A stretch of 64,000 bases of DNA from a virus (IMGVR_UViG_3300005805_000059:1-64000); one strand, 5' to 3'. Counted from the first letter of the stretch, positions 43,401 to 54,342 are shown. Notes: generated by a model from the letters alone, not told the origin. Numbers and translations are program-made.

Positions 43401-44802
43401 ATTTAATATTTTTTGAAATAAATCCATGAATAATACTATTTTCATTATACTCATTAAATGATTGATCATAATCAAATAACTCCATGCTTCCTGTTGAAGC
43501 AAGTAATTGACCAACTGGTAATGCACCTTGATTTAAATCTGAAAGAATCTTTTTTACATTATATGACTTTATACTATCGGTCATATCTACAATTAGTCGT
43601 GGGGACATTTCAATTAAATCGAAAGTTGAATCAAACTTGTTCATTGTTTCAACAACAATTCTAATGCCACGAAGATATGAAAATTCTCTATAAAATGTTT
43701 TATTGTTTATGTTGAATAGTTCTGGAGATGTTAAATCTGTAACAAAAAATGTTTTATCAGTAATACTTGAATCTCCTAATATCCAATTATATTCTGGTAC
43801 TGAAACTTGGTATTCTTCTGTATTACTATCCCATATATATAGTTGTCCAAGATCTCCCTCGTTAGGTACTACCAGGTATGCATATCCATTAATAGATTCT
43901 TCTGGAAGCAAGGATGCAGACGAAACTCTGTTAATAAACTTAAAGTCTTCTTGAAAATTTTGTGGTATTACTAATCCGTATTGTAGTTCTATATATCCAT
44001 CAGTACCAATAATTGGCTCTCCATTATTTCTAGTAGAGTTTTCATCAAAAGAATACGCATCTACCCAACTATTGTCGTCAAGATATTGAATCTTCCATCT
44101 TAATGGTGTTGTTTTATTTGCATCTCCGTAAAGTGGATCTTGAATATTTGATGCACCAATTCTAAAAGGACCTTGATCTATGTTACCAACATTTGTTTGC
44201 ATTTTAATAATAATTCTATTTGCTGGAACTTTATTTTTATATACTACAAATGGCACTGTATCATCTATATAAAATAAATTATTTTGTACTTTATTAGCAA
44301 TACCACGCTCGACATTGCCCTCTGTTCTGTATGATGTCCAATACTTAAATTGATCATACTTAGAAGCCATATAGTATCTTGGTCTACGAAACATATCTTG
44401 GTTTGTATTTGCTAAGTATTTTGTTGTAAAATATGTAGCCTTATTAATACCAGACCGTGGTCTAAATGGTTTCGTACAATCTTCTAATGAATAAATAGTT
44501 TTAAGTTTATCTTTGTTAAGAGTTATAAATTGTGGAGAAGGTGTAGCACCATTATCTACTCCAGAATCAACAACAATGTCTGCATCCGTTGCACCTGTGT
44601 AAAAATTACCAAAGTCGTATGGGTCATACTCGGTTGGCAAAAATCTATACTGTATTTCAGAATCTATAAGCCTTTGTCTATAGTTGCCAAGTTTTTCAAT
44701 ATTTTCAGGCATATTCATATTCCACTCAGCAAGAATTAATGCTTGAGTTTTTACTGTAGAAGATTCTTGAAAATGTTGCTTTAGTTCATCACTAATAAAC
44801 AT
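40447..44802 (-). CDS. Large minor tail protein (hub / central fibre)
   Basis: About 1450 aa downstream of TMP; C-terminal PYIQT..IQLGDIV hub motif. Confidence 0.75.
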   Translation of the reverse strand: MFISDELKQHFQESSTVKTQALILAEWNMNMPENIEKLGNYRQRLIDSEIQYRFLPTEYDPYDFGNFYTGATDADIVVDSGVDNGATPSPQFITLNKDKLKTIYSLEDCTKPFRPRSGINKATYFTTKYLANTNQDMFRRPRYYMASKYDQFKYWTSYRTEGNVERGIANKVQNNLFYIDDTVPFVVYKNKVPANRIIIKMQTNVGNIDQGPFRIGASNIQDPLYGDANKTTPLRWKIQYLDDNSWVDAYSFDENSTRNNGEPIIGTDGYIELQYGLVIPQNFQEDFKFINRVSSASLLPEESINGYAYLVVPNEGDLGQLYIWDSNTEEYQVSVPEYNWILGDSSITDKTFFVTDLTSPELFNINNKTFYREFSYLRGIRIVVETMNKFDSTFDLIEMSPRLIVDMTDSIKSYNVKKILSDLNQGALPVGQLLASTGSMELFDYDQSFNEYNENSIIHGFISKNIKFMFYEVIKEVDAYDYFVPIKTLYSEGIPQSGDNPVNISIDLRDLYFHFESMPAPRLLVTNASLSYAVATLLDYIGFTNYTFYRAPNETEPVIPYFFIGPDQNVAEVLAQLAVSTQSAMFFDEYNNFVVMSKEYMLPTQETRDVDFALIGTNNQIQNGVIKNYSQSSLLPNIIALSSKEKKVFNDGKINFTQRYIQRSYGSIRQSTMVDYDKNWIYKPALLWEVSGTEMTKTINEVASQQGQYVLGAMPLNSDLTDQVPQVVSNQLINNVIDFGENVYWVTRNQGYFYSNGEVIRYDAVEYNVTGIGNVWITNNQEYQNYVSKLPFNGKIYPTGLVRIFSTPYYETIDGITRLQNGPVFEHGRGQFGTPVVAHSAGLNSHWNNINNSRGCFMESNLLFNTKDTELLVEGTDFPNTTTGAAGIDSGQFYTQASRNGIIKNFLSSAKITETQTNYLRTTQTGTVQSSALVLNGPVFESFQSPLNFISYVHKPLTDGAYKHFGTRMRIVGRIENSLSRLQNAVGSTSYFQVPSTQPDVSLNIDGGSGGIGIMVNPNTNNGYYFEIVALTQNNIESYMRQNSPNDIENNVYINNVVFYKIVKKVGASNTDKAIPVKLWGGLTKILVDDGKFTGQYRVTGEENPTVYDLAVEYEKIGGSLRFYLYINNKLIATVDDPNPLPVRQSIALFTRGASRCMFENVYALSENYSQNTVFTVGQPLSKVFGDKEINVNEALRKYSMSGILQSTYLSGISGIQPPEYKMYFDEFGTIMRECAYFDIKYDKAYPALYAKLSPTFNRIKGYTTSGFYADSYGAEFLIFNATDSALNLDETTGNYLRIQGITFTQDTTYEYTVDQYFKKNGNLSSPQLNSDSTLLRSPLVEKAKYDEIKLSRMVYGKNEFTLDTPYIQTQDDAEELMGWIINKIMKPRKLIGVKVFAIPTIQLGDIVTVNYKDKDGLDLVTPEDVRFVVYNIEYERGTEGPSMTLYLSEV

Positions 44803-45494
44803 TATGCCTCTTCCAGCGTAAGAGAAATGTTCCATAAATCCATTGTTCCTCCACGCTTGACAACATCATATGTAAAACTAGAAAAATAAACTTCTATAAT
44901 TTCATTATATTGTGGAAGATGGTTATATCTATTAGAAGTAAAGTTAGTATATTTATCATATGCTAAAAATACCCAGAACGAACCAGGATGATTTTCGTAC
45001 CACTCAAGTAATTCAACTCCCCCTGCCCCACCATCTGCAGTATACTGTATATCATTTCCAGAACTTAATCCATAACCTTTTCTTATTGGTGGTGTACTAT
45101 TATTGTTATCATGATCTACTGCAGGAATAATTGCTGCTTCACCATTAGCATTAAAATTAGGATATCCTGAGTATGATCTTGATGGTAATAATGACCAGGA
45201 AGTGCTTATCTGTAACTTATCACCTATGTAGTATGAACGCATCCTGCCATTAATAGTACGCTCTCTTGTTTCAATTCTTTGTGGAGCCATAGAAATATCA
45301 GACCTATTATGATCTGAAAGAATTATAAATTGATCTAATAAATTAGGATCAGTAACCCCAGTAGTATTAGCACCTACTTCATATCCAGTTGGAACATATA
45401 AGCCATCTACCAATGTACCGCTATTTTCTGAAAACAATAATGCTTGAGGTCTTGCATAACGCTTACGACCAATCATATATTCATCTGTTGTCAT
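44802..45494 (-). CDS. Distal tail (Dit)-like protein
   Basis: Directly after TMP; RTINGRMRSY, WNISLTLEEA. Confidence 0.7.
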   Translation of the reverse strand: MTTDEYMIGRKRYARPQALLFSENSGTLVDGLYVPTGYEVGANTTGVTDPNLLDQFIILSDHNRSDISMAPQRIETRERTINGRMRSYYIGDKLQISTSWSLLPSRSYSGYPNFNANGEAAIIPAVDHDNNNSTPPIRKGYGLSSGNDIQYTADGGAGGVELLEWYENHPGSFWVFLAYDKYTNFTSNRYNHLPQYNEIIEVYFSSFTYDVVKRGGTMDLWNISLTLEEA

Positions 45495-48400
45495 ACTCTT
45501 TGACTCCTAATTTGCTGGTTATCGATTGCCTTAATTTGAGTAATAACTGCTCGTGCAATATCATTTGGATTACCATTTCCTGTCTCAACATTAACGCTGT
45601 AACTATTATACACTGTCTTGTTGTTTGGTGCAACAGGCTTTGACTCTATTCTGTCTGTTCGATACCGTGGCTGCATATCGTCAAATCTTGGTGGCTGATA
45701 TGGAGGAATAATTTTAGATAGTGGGCTTCTAAAGTTACCACTATTTAAATCATTAAAGAATCCAGAACCAAACTTGTCCACAATCTTTTTACGCATTACA
45801 AATTCCCCAGGGGTAAGCATAGTAGGAACTGTGTCACTACCAAATGGCTTCATACCACCATTAGCCATATAGTTAATCATTCCACCCATTGCACTATAGT
45901 TTGGCTTAAACCCAGGATCCCATGTAGCATCTGTTTCATCATAAGGTGATTTCACCCACTTATTAGTGTCTAAATCCCAGTATGCAAGTTTTTCAGTTCC
46001 ATCTTTATATTTAATTTTAATTGTTTGAACATGAGTATATGGTTCAATCTGTTCCATTACCGCTGATGCAACATCATCTGGTAATCCAGTAGTTGGAACT
46101 TCATTTCCTCCAGGAACTCCAGTACTGCCACCACTTCCACCACCGCCATCACCACCAGAAGGAGGAAGAACAGCATCTGGTCCAAGAGCAATAATTGCTT
46201 TCATTGCGTCAAGTGCTGCTTGCATATCATCTTTAAACTTTTTACTTTGTGTTACAGCAAGTGCAGCCTTTGCTTCAATTTCAACCCAAGCATCTTTTGT
46301 TAATCCACCAACAGTAATAGAGTCATTGATTGCATCGTAGTGCTCTTGTGCTGCATCTCTTGCTGCTGTTGCTTTATCAACAATATCTTGATACTTATCA
46401 ATTTGTGCCTGAATTGGTTCAATAACATCTTCATTGATTTGATAAATTTGATCTTCAAGATCTCTAATCCTAAGAATAACATCTTCTTTTTGTTCTTCAA
46501 GATTATAAATAACATCTTGAATTGCACGAATTTGTGCTTGTTTAGCCTCTTGCTGTTCTTGTAAATCATAAATTCTATCTTGTATTGCAAGAATTTGTTT
46601 ATCTACTGCTAGTTTTTGTTGTTCAAGTGCAAATGTTTCCTGACCAATTTGAAATTGACGCTCTTCAATTTGTTCTCTTGTCATACCGCTTGCTGAACGG
46701 AGTGAGTCAAGTTCAAGTTGTCGTGCTGCAGCAAGCATACCAGACTGCTGTCCTTGTGCAAACTGTGCAGACTGTGCTCGTAAATCTTGTGCTGCTTGGG
46801 CTGCTGCAGATATATCACCTTGTGTTAATGCATCAGCAAGACTAATTCTTGTCTTTTCTTGTGCAATAAGTTCATTATTGATTTCAGCAATCTTGTTAAG
46901 AGCCTCTTCTTGTTTATCATATTTTTCATTAATTGATTCTGCAGCCTTATCAAGAAGTGTTAAATCATTTGCAAGCCTTGTTGACTCTTCTTGTAAAGCC
47001 TTGATTGGTCTATCAAATTGTAATTCTGTTTGTCTTTGCAAATCATTTATTTGCTCTTGCAAAACTTCAATAGGACGAGTAAATTGCATTTCAATATCTC
47101 GTTGCAAATCACTAATTTGTTCTTGATATGCTTGAATAGGACGGTCAAAATTAATTTCCATCTCTCTATTCATATCATCAATTGTTTCTTGAATTGCATC
47201 TACTTGATCTTGAGCATCTTGCATTTTTTCTTGTTCGGCTTCAATTAACTTATTGTATTTATCAATAGCCTCATTTTGTGCTTCTACTTCTTTATATGCA
47301 CTTTGCATTGCTTTTAATGCATCGATGGTTGTCTGATCCATATTTTCTGTAATAGCACCGAGATCATCTATGTTTACCCCAGATTGTGCAATTTTTTCAT
47401 AAGCATCAAATGTTTGATTTGCAGCAGATATACCAGCCTGTACAAGTTCATTTCTACCTTCTGGTGTTAACATTTTAATTTGTATTTGAAGTTCTGCGTC
47501 CTTAGCAGCATTATCAAGTGCTTGTTGAAGTTTTTCTTTATCTACAACTGGTTGGTCAAGAATTAATTGTAATGCTTCACTATTTAAAATTGTATTAACT
47601 TGGTCTGGAGTTAATCCACCCAACTCTAATTGTGCTCTAGCAACAAGACTTGGAAGTTTCATTCTTTTTTCAAGATCTGCAGTTTCTTCATCAATTTGGA
47701 TTTTAGCCATAGCAAGTGCTGCTTCATCTGCTGCTTTCTTGATAGCCTTTAATTCTTTATCTGTTAATTGCTTACCTGCAATCGCTGCTGCTAAGGTTTT
47801 ATCTTCAAGAATTTTGTATGCATCTGCTGCTGACATACCAGCACCCATAAGTTTGTTCATTGCAATGGTTGTATTTTTTACATCAGCAACTACTCTTTCT
47901 TGTGCCACAGAAAAGTCTCCAGCAGAAAGTTCGTCAAGAGTATCACGAAGAGTCCTACCCTTATCACTTAATACTACTTTACCCTTCTTTGTTACCTTCA
48001 TAAACTTTGCTCGTTGCTTTGGATCCATACCAGAAATTTGATTTACAAAGTCTTCACTGTATCCTCGTCTTGTTAGTTGTTGTTCGATGCCTTCAAACTT
48101 TCCAACTTTACCAGGTTTGGCAACAAGTTTTTGCAATTCTTTCCAAGACAATGTTGCAGAAATAGTTGCATCACGAACTTGCTTAAGCCTATTAAGCAAC
48201 TCACTAAGCATATCATCACCTGCACCAGCACCGCCATCTTTAGTACCTTTATCTTTTGTACCGCCACCGCCATCTTTAGTGCCGTCACCAAACTTAATCT
48301 TGGTTGCTTCTGCAGCCATTTCTGCAGCAAGTTTGTTTCTTCCTTCTTGACTCTTGTATAAATCTAAAACATATCCACCACCAATACCAGCAGACTTTAC

Positions 48401-51400
48401 CCTACTTGCAATTTCAGCATCAATTTGATCTTCAGTAATAGTTCTATATACGCTAACAAAGTTTTGTACAGCATTTTTTTCAATATTATCTGGTAATGAT
48501 TTAATATAGTCCCAAAAACCTTTTACGCTTTCCATAGCAGCACCTTGTTCTTTTGTAAGAACATTTAAAACTGCTTTTTTAGTTAATGGATCTGGCAGTT
48601 CTTCAATTTGTTGCAACCTAGATGCCAACTGCTCCAAAAACTTTAGTGCATTCTTTTTAGTTTTTAATATTACTTCAAGGCTGATGTCTTTACCTGCAAG
48701 TTCTTGAATTAGTGTAATAGAAGAAGCAATTTGATCAAACTCTTCTGGATTCTTTTGAGAAATTCCAACAAGCAAATCTTTTGCAAGTTTTTTATTTTTA
48801 AAACCACCAAGAAGATTTGTTAATTGTCCAATTTTATCCATACCATGTGTTTTAACTCCAAGGTTTAAAACTTTATTTAATGCTTTGCCATCTTCACCAA
48901 AAGTATTTAATAAGTTAGTAACTGCTTGTGGATCAATTATTCCAGAAGCCATCATAGTATTAAGTGTTACCTCAATTTTTTGTGCCTTTTTCCCATCAAT
49001 GTTAGTTAAAGTTTCTTGTAACTTACTTGTTTTTCCTAATGCTTCATCTAAGAATAAGCCTAAAGGACTATCTTTCCATTTATTTCTAACCTGATCTTCA
49101 AGACTATCAAAAAATGCTGTAACTGCACCTCCACCTGGTAAAAGTTGGTTAGATTGTGCTTGAGCAGCATTAAAAGCCTTTAAAGTTGTTTTAAGTGTAT
49201 TTTGCATTTCATCTCTAATTGCTTGTTCTTGACTAGCAGACTTTTCTTTTAATTTTAATATTTGTTCTTCAATTTGTTTTCTTTGTTCTGCAGTTGTGGC
49301 ATTTTGCAATTGTATATTTAATTGTTTTAATTGTTCATCATTTTGTAATTTTAAAGAGTCTAACTGTGCCTGTGCTAATTCAATATTTTGTGCAGATTGT
49401 GCAGAAATAAAAGCAAATCTATCCATCAACCCTTGATCAAATACAGACTGAATAGCAGCACCAAAATCTCCTTGACTAAACTTATCAATATATTGTTTTT
49501 GTTCGTCTAGAGCACTCTGCAAAGCATTAGACATTGTTCCTTGTCCAGATTCAATAATGTCAAGTCTTACCTGCAATGGGTCTTGTTCAAGTCTTTCTCC
49601 ATTTGGACCTATAATTGTTGTCAATTGTCCACGAATTTGTGCAGATACTGACATATTATTAAGATCTCTACCAATTTGATCTGCAATACTTGTTGCTTGT
49701 TCTGCAGTTAAAACACCATCAGCAACATATGCAGATAATTCTGTAGCAAGCATAGTTGCTGCTTCACCTGCACCTCTATCTTTCATATTTTGTACAAATG
49801 AATCAACAATTCCTTTACCAACTTCAGACTCTACAAACTTAGTACCAAATTGACGACCTTTACGATCTGTTTTGTCGCCATACATATTAAAGCCAGTTTG
49901 ATCTTTTCTACGCCGAGCCATAATTTCAGAAGCCCCGACTTTGCCAGTAATTTCACCAATAGCCTTCATCTTTTCAGTTGTTGCATTCGTTGCATCAACA
50001 TTTCTAGATATAGCCTCTGCTTGTTCTTTTTGCTTATTATTTAAGTACCAAAGACTTCCAGCAAAAGCAGCAAGTGCTACACCTGCTAAAACCCAGGGGT
50101 TCATCAACATAGGAATCATTGGACCAATCATAGACAGTGCCATTAATGGACCCATAATTTTATTAGCAATTTCTCCTGCAGGTCCACCAACCATAGAAGC
50201 CATCATTGCTACTGATGAGGCTGCTGCAGCAGCACCACCAACCCTTGCACCCATTTGTGCCATTGCAAACTTTCGTTCTTCTGCAGTTGCATTTCTAAAT
50301 GATGCAATCTTTTCTCTTAACTTAGCACCTAAAGTTTGTTTTTGTGTTGCAAGTTGTGCATTCTTAATTGCAAGTTCTTGTTGTGCAAGATCTGCTAAAA
50401 GTTTTTCTCTTACAGCACTATTCTTAACATTATTAAGAATATATTGTCTTTGAGCATTAATTTGACTTAACTTATTATTTAAAAGTTCTTGCCCTACCGC
50501 CTCCTTATTAGAAGCATTTACAAGGCGTTTTTTAATTAGAATTTCTTCTTGTTGAAGTTTTTGTAATTGTCGTCTAAATGATTTATCAATTGCAGTTACT
50601 TGTGATGGATCCTTACCATAAAGACTCATAGCACTTTGCATAGATGCTTTTGGAAATGCCATTTGAGATGGTGTACTTGCTGCACCTGCAGCAGCATCAC
50701 CAAGAGTTGCTCCTGCATTAGTAACCTCATCAAGTTTATCTGTCATACCAAGAATAAGACCATCAGCAATATCGTTACCAGTTCTTTTTGTGCGTCTTGA
50801 TGGAGATTTAACTTCGGCTTCAACTTCACCAGCCGTAATTCCACTATCTACAACATTTGTCATTGCTGCATCTATTTCTTCTTGATTTTGTACAATTCCT
50901 TCTTTTACGCCCTGTGTTAATGCATCACCTAATTGAACACCCCGCAGTTTTGCCACATCTATGTCTTTTTGATCTACTATTGTTGCAATAGTTCCTTGAG
51001 CACCAGATGAACCAGATATCCTTGCATCATTTTGAGTAGCAAGATAACTATTTTCTAAAAGATCGCTTGTGTCAATGTTTACATCTGGACGATTACCAAT
51101 TTCAATAAGTTTTTCTCGTATTTCTTCTTTAGGCATTCCGCTAGTTCCAGAAGTAATACCACCTCTAAATTCTGCAATTTGTTTTGCAGCACTATCTATA
51201 ACATCTGCAAATTGTTGAACACTAACTCCAGTTTCTCTTTGAATTCTTGCTAATTCTTCTGTTTGTGTTGCAACTTCATTTATAGAATCTTGGAACACTT
51301 CTTCCATAATGACAGTTTTGCTTTGTACCTCTGGAGATAATTGATCAAATTCTGCTTGTGAATCTACTATATTTGTTTTACCTGCTGCTGCTAAATCTTG

Positions 51401-54322
51401 TAACTTTTTCTGCATTACACTATCAAGAAGATCCCAGTATTGTTTCATTGATTCATAACTACCCTTTTGAGTAGACTCTGCCATTTGTTTAAATTTTTCA
51501 GAACCTCTCATTGCAGCATCAGCAATTAACTTATTTAAGTCTGCACCTGAACCAGCCATTTTTCTATTAATTTCAGCAGTAGATGTAATTCCTAGTTTAC
51601 TTTTTGCTCTTATGTTTATAGGATTAAATCCATGTTCTTGTTCAAAGATATCTGAAATAGTTGCAACTTTTTGTAGTTTTGCAATTCTTCCTTCGCCTCG
51701 TACATCTACCATTTCACCAGAAAGTGCTTGTCTTGGTGTCATTACATTTATACCAGAGCCTATATGTGTGAATTCTTTTTGCTGTAACTTTGCTTCTCCT
51801 GTTGCACCTAATCGTCCTCTTTTTTCTTCAAACAAGCCCTTAAACTCTGCAGCGTTAATTGTTTCTTGTTGTGCAGTTTGTGTTGCTTCTCTTGCAATAT
51901 CAATAACATCATTAACAAACTGTTCTCTTTCTTTTTGATCTGTAATAATCTTGCTTGCAAAAATATCTTTTAATACAACTCCAAGTGTTGCTGCTGGAGT
52001 TTTTACTCTTCCGCTTACATTTGTCGTCTGAAAGTCCTGAAGAACTTTTTCTAACTCCAACAATTCTGTCTGTTGCTGTGGAGTTACATTTCCTTGTATA
52101 GATGGTCTTGCTAAAATTGCTGCCATACCGCCATTGTACCCAGGCAAATTACCAGCAATCATTGCCTCAATAAATGGAGCATATTTTTTAGCCATCTCTT
52201 TTGGAATGACTGCTTCACCAGGAGTCAGCAATGCGGGAACTGTATCTTGATTTCCTTTTCCTGGTACACTAAACGCACCTGAAGCGTATTTAAATACATT
52301 TCCTACCATTCCACCTTTATTGAATTTACGAGGTGCTACTTTAGGTGGCAAGAAAGCACCAGGATTTGCTGATGCAAAATTTCTACCTGCAATATTTGCT
52401 TGTTCATAAGCCTGTCGCAACTTATCAACGGCACTTGCTTCAATTGTAAATACTTGTGTTAAGTTAGAATGTGCTTGATCAAGTGATGCAGCAACCGTCT
52501 GTGCTTCAATTTGTTCTGAAGTCATATAGTTTGTTTGTAGACCAAGAATCTTAGATTGACCAGTTAGTGCATAATATCCATCTTTTAGTTTTAGAATAAA
52601 CTTAATTGCATTTGCAATACCGTTGGCTACAAGACCGAAAGCCATAAGAGCAACAGGAGCAATACCACCAACAACTGTAATGATGGTTGTAATTGTTGAC
52701 TTAACTCCGTCACTAAGTCCATTAAATCTATCAAGTAGTCCTGTAATAAAGTCGACAATAGGTGTAAGAATTTTTAGGAACTGTTCTCCAACTGGTGCAA
52801 GTGCTGCTTGCATTTTTTCTACTGCTGCAGTAAACTTAACACCCATTGAATCTTCTACAGCACCCAATTCTCGTTCTGCCAAAATTGCAAGTTCTTCTGT
52901 TGACTTACCAGCCAAATCTAGAACGGTAGCAGCCTGAGATCCATCTTTGATAACATTCTGAAAAAGAGTTGATAGACGAGAAAATTGGAACTTACCAAAT
53001 AGTTGTTCAATTGCTCTTGCTCTATTTAATGGATCAAGTTGGTCAAGTGATTGTGCAAATTCTACAACTAAGCCTTTAAGATTACCCTTGTTTCTTTGAA
53101 CAATTGCCTCAATATTAATACCAAAACCTTTAAGAAAATCTGATGCTGTTTTGGTTGGATTAATAAGAGATGCAAGACCAGACTTTAAAGCGTTAGCACC
53201 TTCAGATGCGTTAATACCGCCCTCTTTCATAGCAGTAAGGAAGAAGGCTAAGTCTCTTACATCGCCTCCGAGTTGTTTAACAACTGGACCTGCTTTTGGA
53301 ACTGCAATAGTTAAATCTTCAATTGCAGTAATAGTTTGGTTTTCAACTGCGTTCAAAAAGTTAATATCTGTAGCAAGATCTTGTGCTGCTACACCAAAAG
53401 CATTTGTAAGAGTAATTGTTGTTTGAAGTGCTTCACTTTGTTCTACCTGACCAAGAACTGCAAGTCGTGTTGCCTGTGCAACTTGTGCAGTAAGTTCAGC
53501 ACCTTGCTTACCCATTGCTGCTGCTTCTGCAGCCATATTCATAGTATCAACAATTGCTACACCGTATTTAGTAAACTCTTGAGCAAGAAGTCTAATATCT
53601 GTTAATGCTGTTTCTGTTTCTACAGGACTTGTCATTAAATCACCATAAACTCTGCGGAACTTAACAGCAGCCTTTTCAATTTCCATAAATGATTTAACTG
53701 CAACAGAACCCATCATAGACAATGGAACAGTAAAACCAACCATCAACTGACGACCAGCCCATTGTGTATTCTTACCAAAATTCAAAAGTTGTGTTGAACC
53801 CTGCTTCAAAAGTTCATTAAATATTTGTTGCTTTTGTGCAGAAACCATTAGTCTTGTGGTGTAATTATTTAAATCAACCATATTTGGTGTGACAGCAATA
53901 GCCTTCATTGCACCTTGTGCATCACGACCCAATTTAATATACTGAGTTTGAAGTTTTCTTACACGATCAATTGCTGTCTTCTCAATTGTATTCATTTCAG
54001 TTGAGAATAACTTGCCAAATGTTTTTGTTGCACCGCCAGCATATCTAAAATACTGACCCATAGTCAGTTTATTTTTTTCAAGAGCAGTTGTAAAAGATTC
54101 TGAAGCAGTCTGAATGCCAACAATTCTGGCTTCAAATGCACCAGTAGCATTAATAGAGTTTACAAGGTTACGCTGCATATTCTGTGCAGCAGCAGCAGCA
54201 GTAGCACTGCCTTTATTGATTGATGTATAGAAGAGTGATATCTCTCGTTGAAGCCTTTTTATTTCTGCAAGGGCTTCAGAGGAGTCAATATTAATATTAA
54301 TATTGGCATTGACATCACTCAT
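45491..54322 (-). CDS. Tape measure protein, 2943 aa
   Basis: TP901-type core (NQTITAIEDL..AGPV..LGG..NALKS), long helical repeats, C-terminal DTVPTMLTPGE. Confidence 0.92.
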   Translation of the reverse strand: MSDVNANININIDSSEALAEIKRLQREISLFYTSINKGSATAAAAAQNMQRNLVNSINATGAFEARIVGIQTASESFTTALEKNKLTMGQYFRYAGGATKTFGKLFSTEMNTIEKTAIDRVRKLQTQYIKLGRDAQGAMKAIAVTPNMVDLNNYTTRLMVSAQKQQIFNELLKQGSTQLLNFGKNTQWAGRQLMVGFTVPLSMMGSVAVKSFMEIEKAAVKFRRVYGDLMTSPVETETALTDIRLLAQEFTKYGVAIVDTMNMAAEAAAMGKQGAELTAQVAQATRLAVLGQVEQSEALQTTITLTNAFGVAAQDLATDINFLNAVENQTITAIEDLTIAVPKAGPVVKQLGGDVRDLAFFLTAMKEGGINASEGANALKSGLASLINPTKTASDFLKGFGINIEAIVQRNKGNLKGLVVEFAQSLDQLDPLNRARAIEQLFGKFQFSRLSTLFQNVIKDGSQAATVLDLAGKSTEELAILAERELGAVEDSMGVKFTAAVEKMQAALAPVGEQFLKILTPIVDFITGLLDRFNGLSDGVKSTITTIITVVGGIAPVALMAFGLVANGIANAIKFILKLKDGYYALTGQSKILGLQTNYMTSEQIEAQTVAASLDQAHSNLTQVFTIEASAVDKLRQAYEQANIAGRNFASANPGAFLPPKVAPRKFNKGGMVGNVFKYASGAFSVPGKGNQDTVPALLTPGEAVIPKEMAKKYAPFIEAMIAGNLPGYNGGMAAILARPSIQGNVTPQQQTELLELEKVLQDFQTTNVSGRVKTPAATLGVVLKDIFASKIITDQKEREQFVNDVIDIAREATQTAQQETINAAEFKGLFEEKRGRLGATGEAKLQQKEFTHIGSGINVMTPRQALSGEMVDVRGEGRIAKLQKVATISDIFEQEHGFNPINIRAKSKLGITSTAEINRKMAGSGADLNKLIADAAMRGSEKFKQMAESTQKGSYESMKQYWDLLDSVMQKKLQDLAAAGKTNIVDSQAEFDQLSPEVQSKTVIMEEVFQDSINEVATQTEELARIQRETGVSVQQFADVIDSAAKQIAEFRGGITSGTSGMPKEEIREKLIEIGNRPDVNIDTSDLLENSYLATQNDARISGSSGAQGTIATIVDQKDIDVAKLRGVQLGDALTQGVKEGIVQNQEEIDAAMTNVVDSGITAGEVEAEVKSPSRRTKRTGNDIADGLILGMTDKLDEVTNAGATLGDAAAGAASTPSQMAFPKASMQSAMSLYGKDPSQVTAIDKSFRRQLQKLQQEEILIKKRLVNASNKEAVGQELLNNKLSQINAQRQYILNNVKNSAVREKLLADLAQQELAIKNAQLATQKQTLGAKLREKIASFRNATAEERKFAMAQMGARVGGAAAAASSVAMMASMVGGPAGEIANKIMGPLMALSMIGPMIPMLMNPWVLAGVALAAFAGSLWYLNNKQKEQAEAISRNVDATNATTEKMKAIGEITGKVGASEIMARRRKDQTGFNMYGDKTDRKGRQFGTKFVESEVGKGIVDSFVQNMKDRGAGEAATMLATELSAYVADGVLTAEQATSIADQIGRDLNNMSVSAQIRGQLTTIIGPNGERLEQDPLQVRLDIIESGQGTMSNALQSALDEQKQYIDKFSQGDFGAAIQSVFDQGLMDRFAFISAQSAQNIELAQAQLDSLKLQNDEQLKQLNIQLQNATTAEQRKQIEEQILKLKEKSASQEQAIRDEMQNTLKTTLKAFNAAQAQSNQLLPGGGAVTAFFDSLEDQVRNKWKDSPLGLFLDEALGKTSKLQETLTNIDGKKAQKIEVTLNTMMASGIIDPQAVTNLLNTFGEDGKALNKVLNLGVKTHGMDKIGQLTNLLGGFKNKKLAKDLLVGISQKNPEEFDQIASSITLIQELAGKDISLEVILKTKKNALKFLEQLASRLQQIEELPDPLTKKAVLNVLTKEQGAAMESVKGFWDYIKSLPDNIEKNAVQNFVSVYRTITEDQIDAEIASRVKSAGIGGGYVLDLYKSQEGRNKLAAEMAAEATKIKFGDGTKDGGGGTKDKGTKDGGAGAGDDMLSELLNRLKQVRDATISATLSWKELQKLVAKPGKVGKFEGIEQQLTRRGYSEDFVNQISGMDPKQRAKFMKVTKKGKVVLSDKGRTLRDTLDELSAGDFSVAQERVVADVKNTTIAMNKLMGAGMSAADAYKILEDKTLAAAIAGKQLTDKELKAIKKAADEAALAMAKIQIDEETADLEKRMKLPSLVARAQLELGGLTPDQVNTILNSEALQLILDQPVVDKEKLQQALDNAAKDAELQIQIKMLTPEGRNELVQAGISAANQTFDAYEKIAQSGVNIDDLGAITENMDQTTIDALKAMQSAYKEVEAQNEAIDKYNKLIEAEQEKMQDAQDQVDAIQETIDDMNREMEINFDRPIQAYQEQISDLQRDIEMQFTRPIEVLQEQINDLQRQTELQFDRPIKALQEESTRLANDLTLLDKAAESINEKYDKQEEALNKIAEINNELIAQEKTRISLADALTQGDISAAAQAAQDLRAQSAQFAQGQQSGMLAAARQLELDSLRSASGMTREQIEERQFQIGQETFALEQQKLAVDKQILAIQDRIYDLQEQQEAKQAQIRAIQDVIYNLEEQKEDVILRIRDLEDQIYQINEDVIEPIQAQIDKYQDIVDKATAARDAAQEHYDAINDSITVGGLTKDAWVEIEAKAALAVTQSKKFKDDMQAALDAMKAIIALGPDAVLPPSGGDGGGGSGGSTGVPGGNEVPTTGLPDDVASAVMEQIEPYTHVQTIKIKYKDGTEKLAYWDLDTNKWVKSPYDETDATWDPGFKPNYSAMGGMINYMANGGMKPFGSDTVPTMLTPGEFVMRKKIVDKFGSGFFNDLNSGNFRSPLSKIIPPYQPPRFDDMQPRYRTDRIESKPVAPNNKTVYNSYSVNVETGNGNPNDIARAVITQIKAIDNQQIRSQRV
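46990..47150 (-). repeat. 66-nt (22 aa) tandem repeats in TMP
   Basis: F(D/T)RPI units at about 47135, 47069, 47003. Confidence 0.7.
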
Positions 54323-54342
54323 TCATATACACCTACCTTAAA

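Noticed and set aside
45389-53605. Many plus-strand ORFs opposite TMP and other long minus-strand genes
   Set aside because: Antisense shadow ORFs with no SD, promoter or recognisable motifs.
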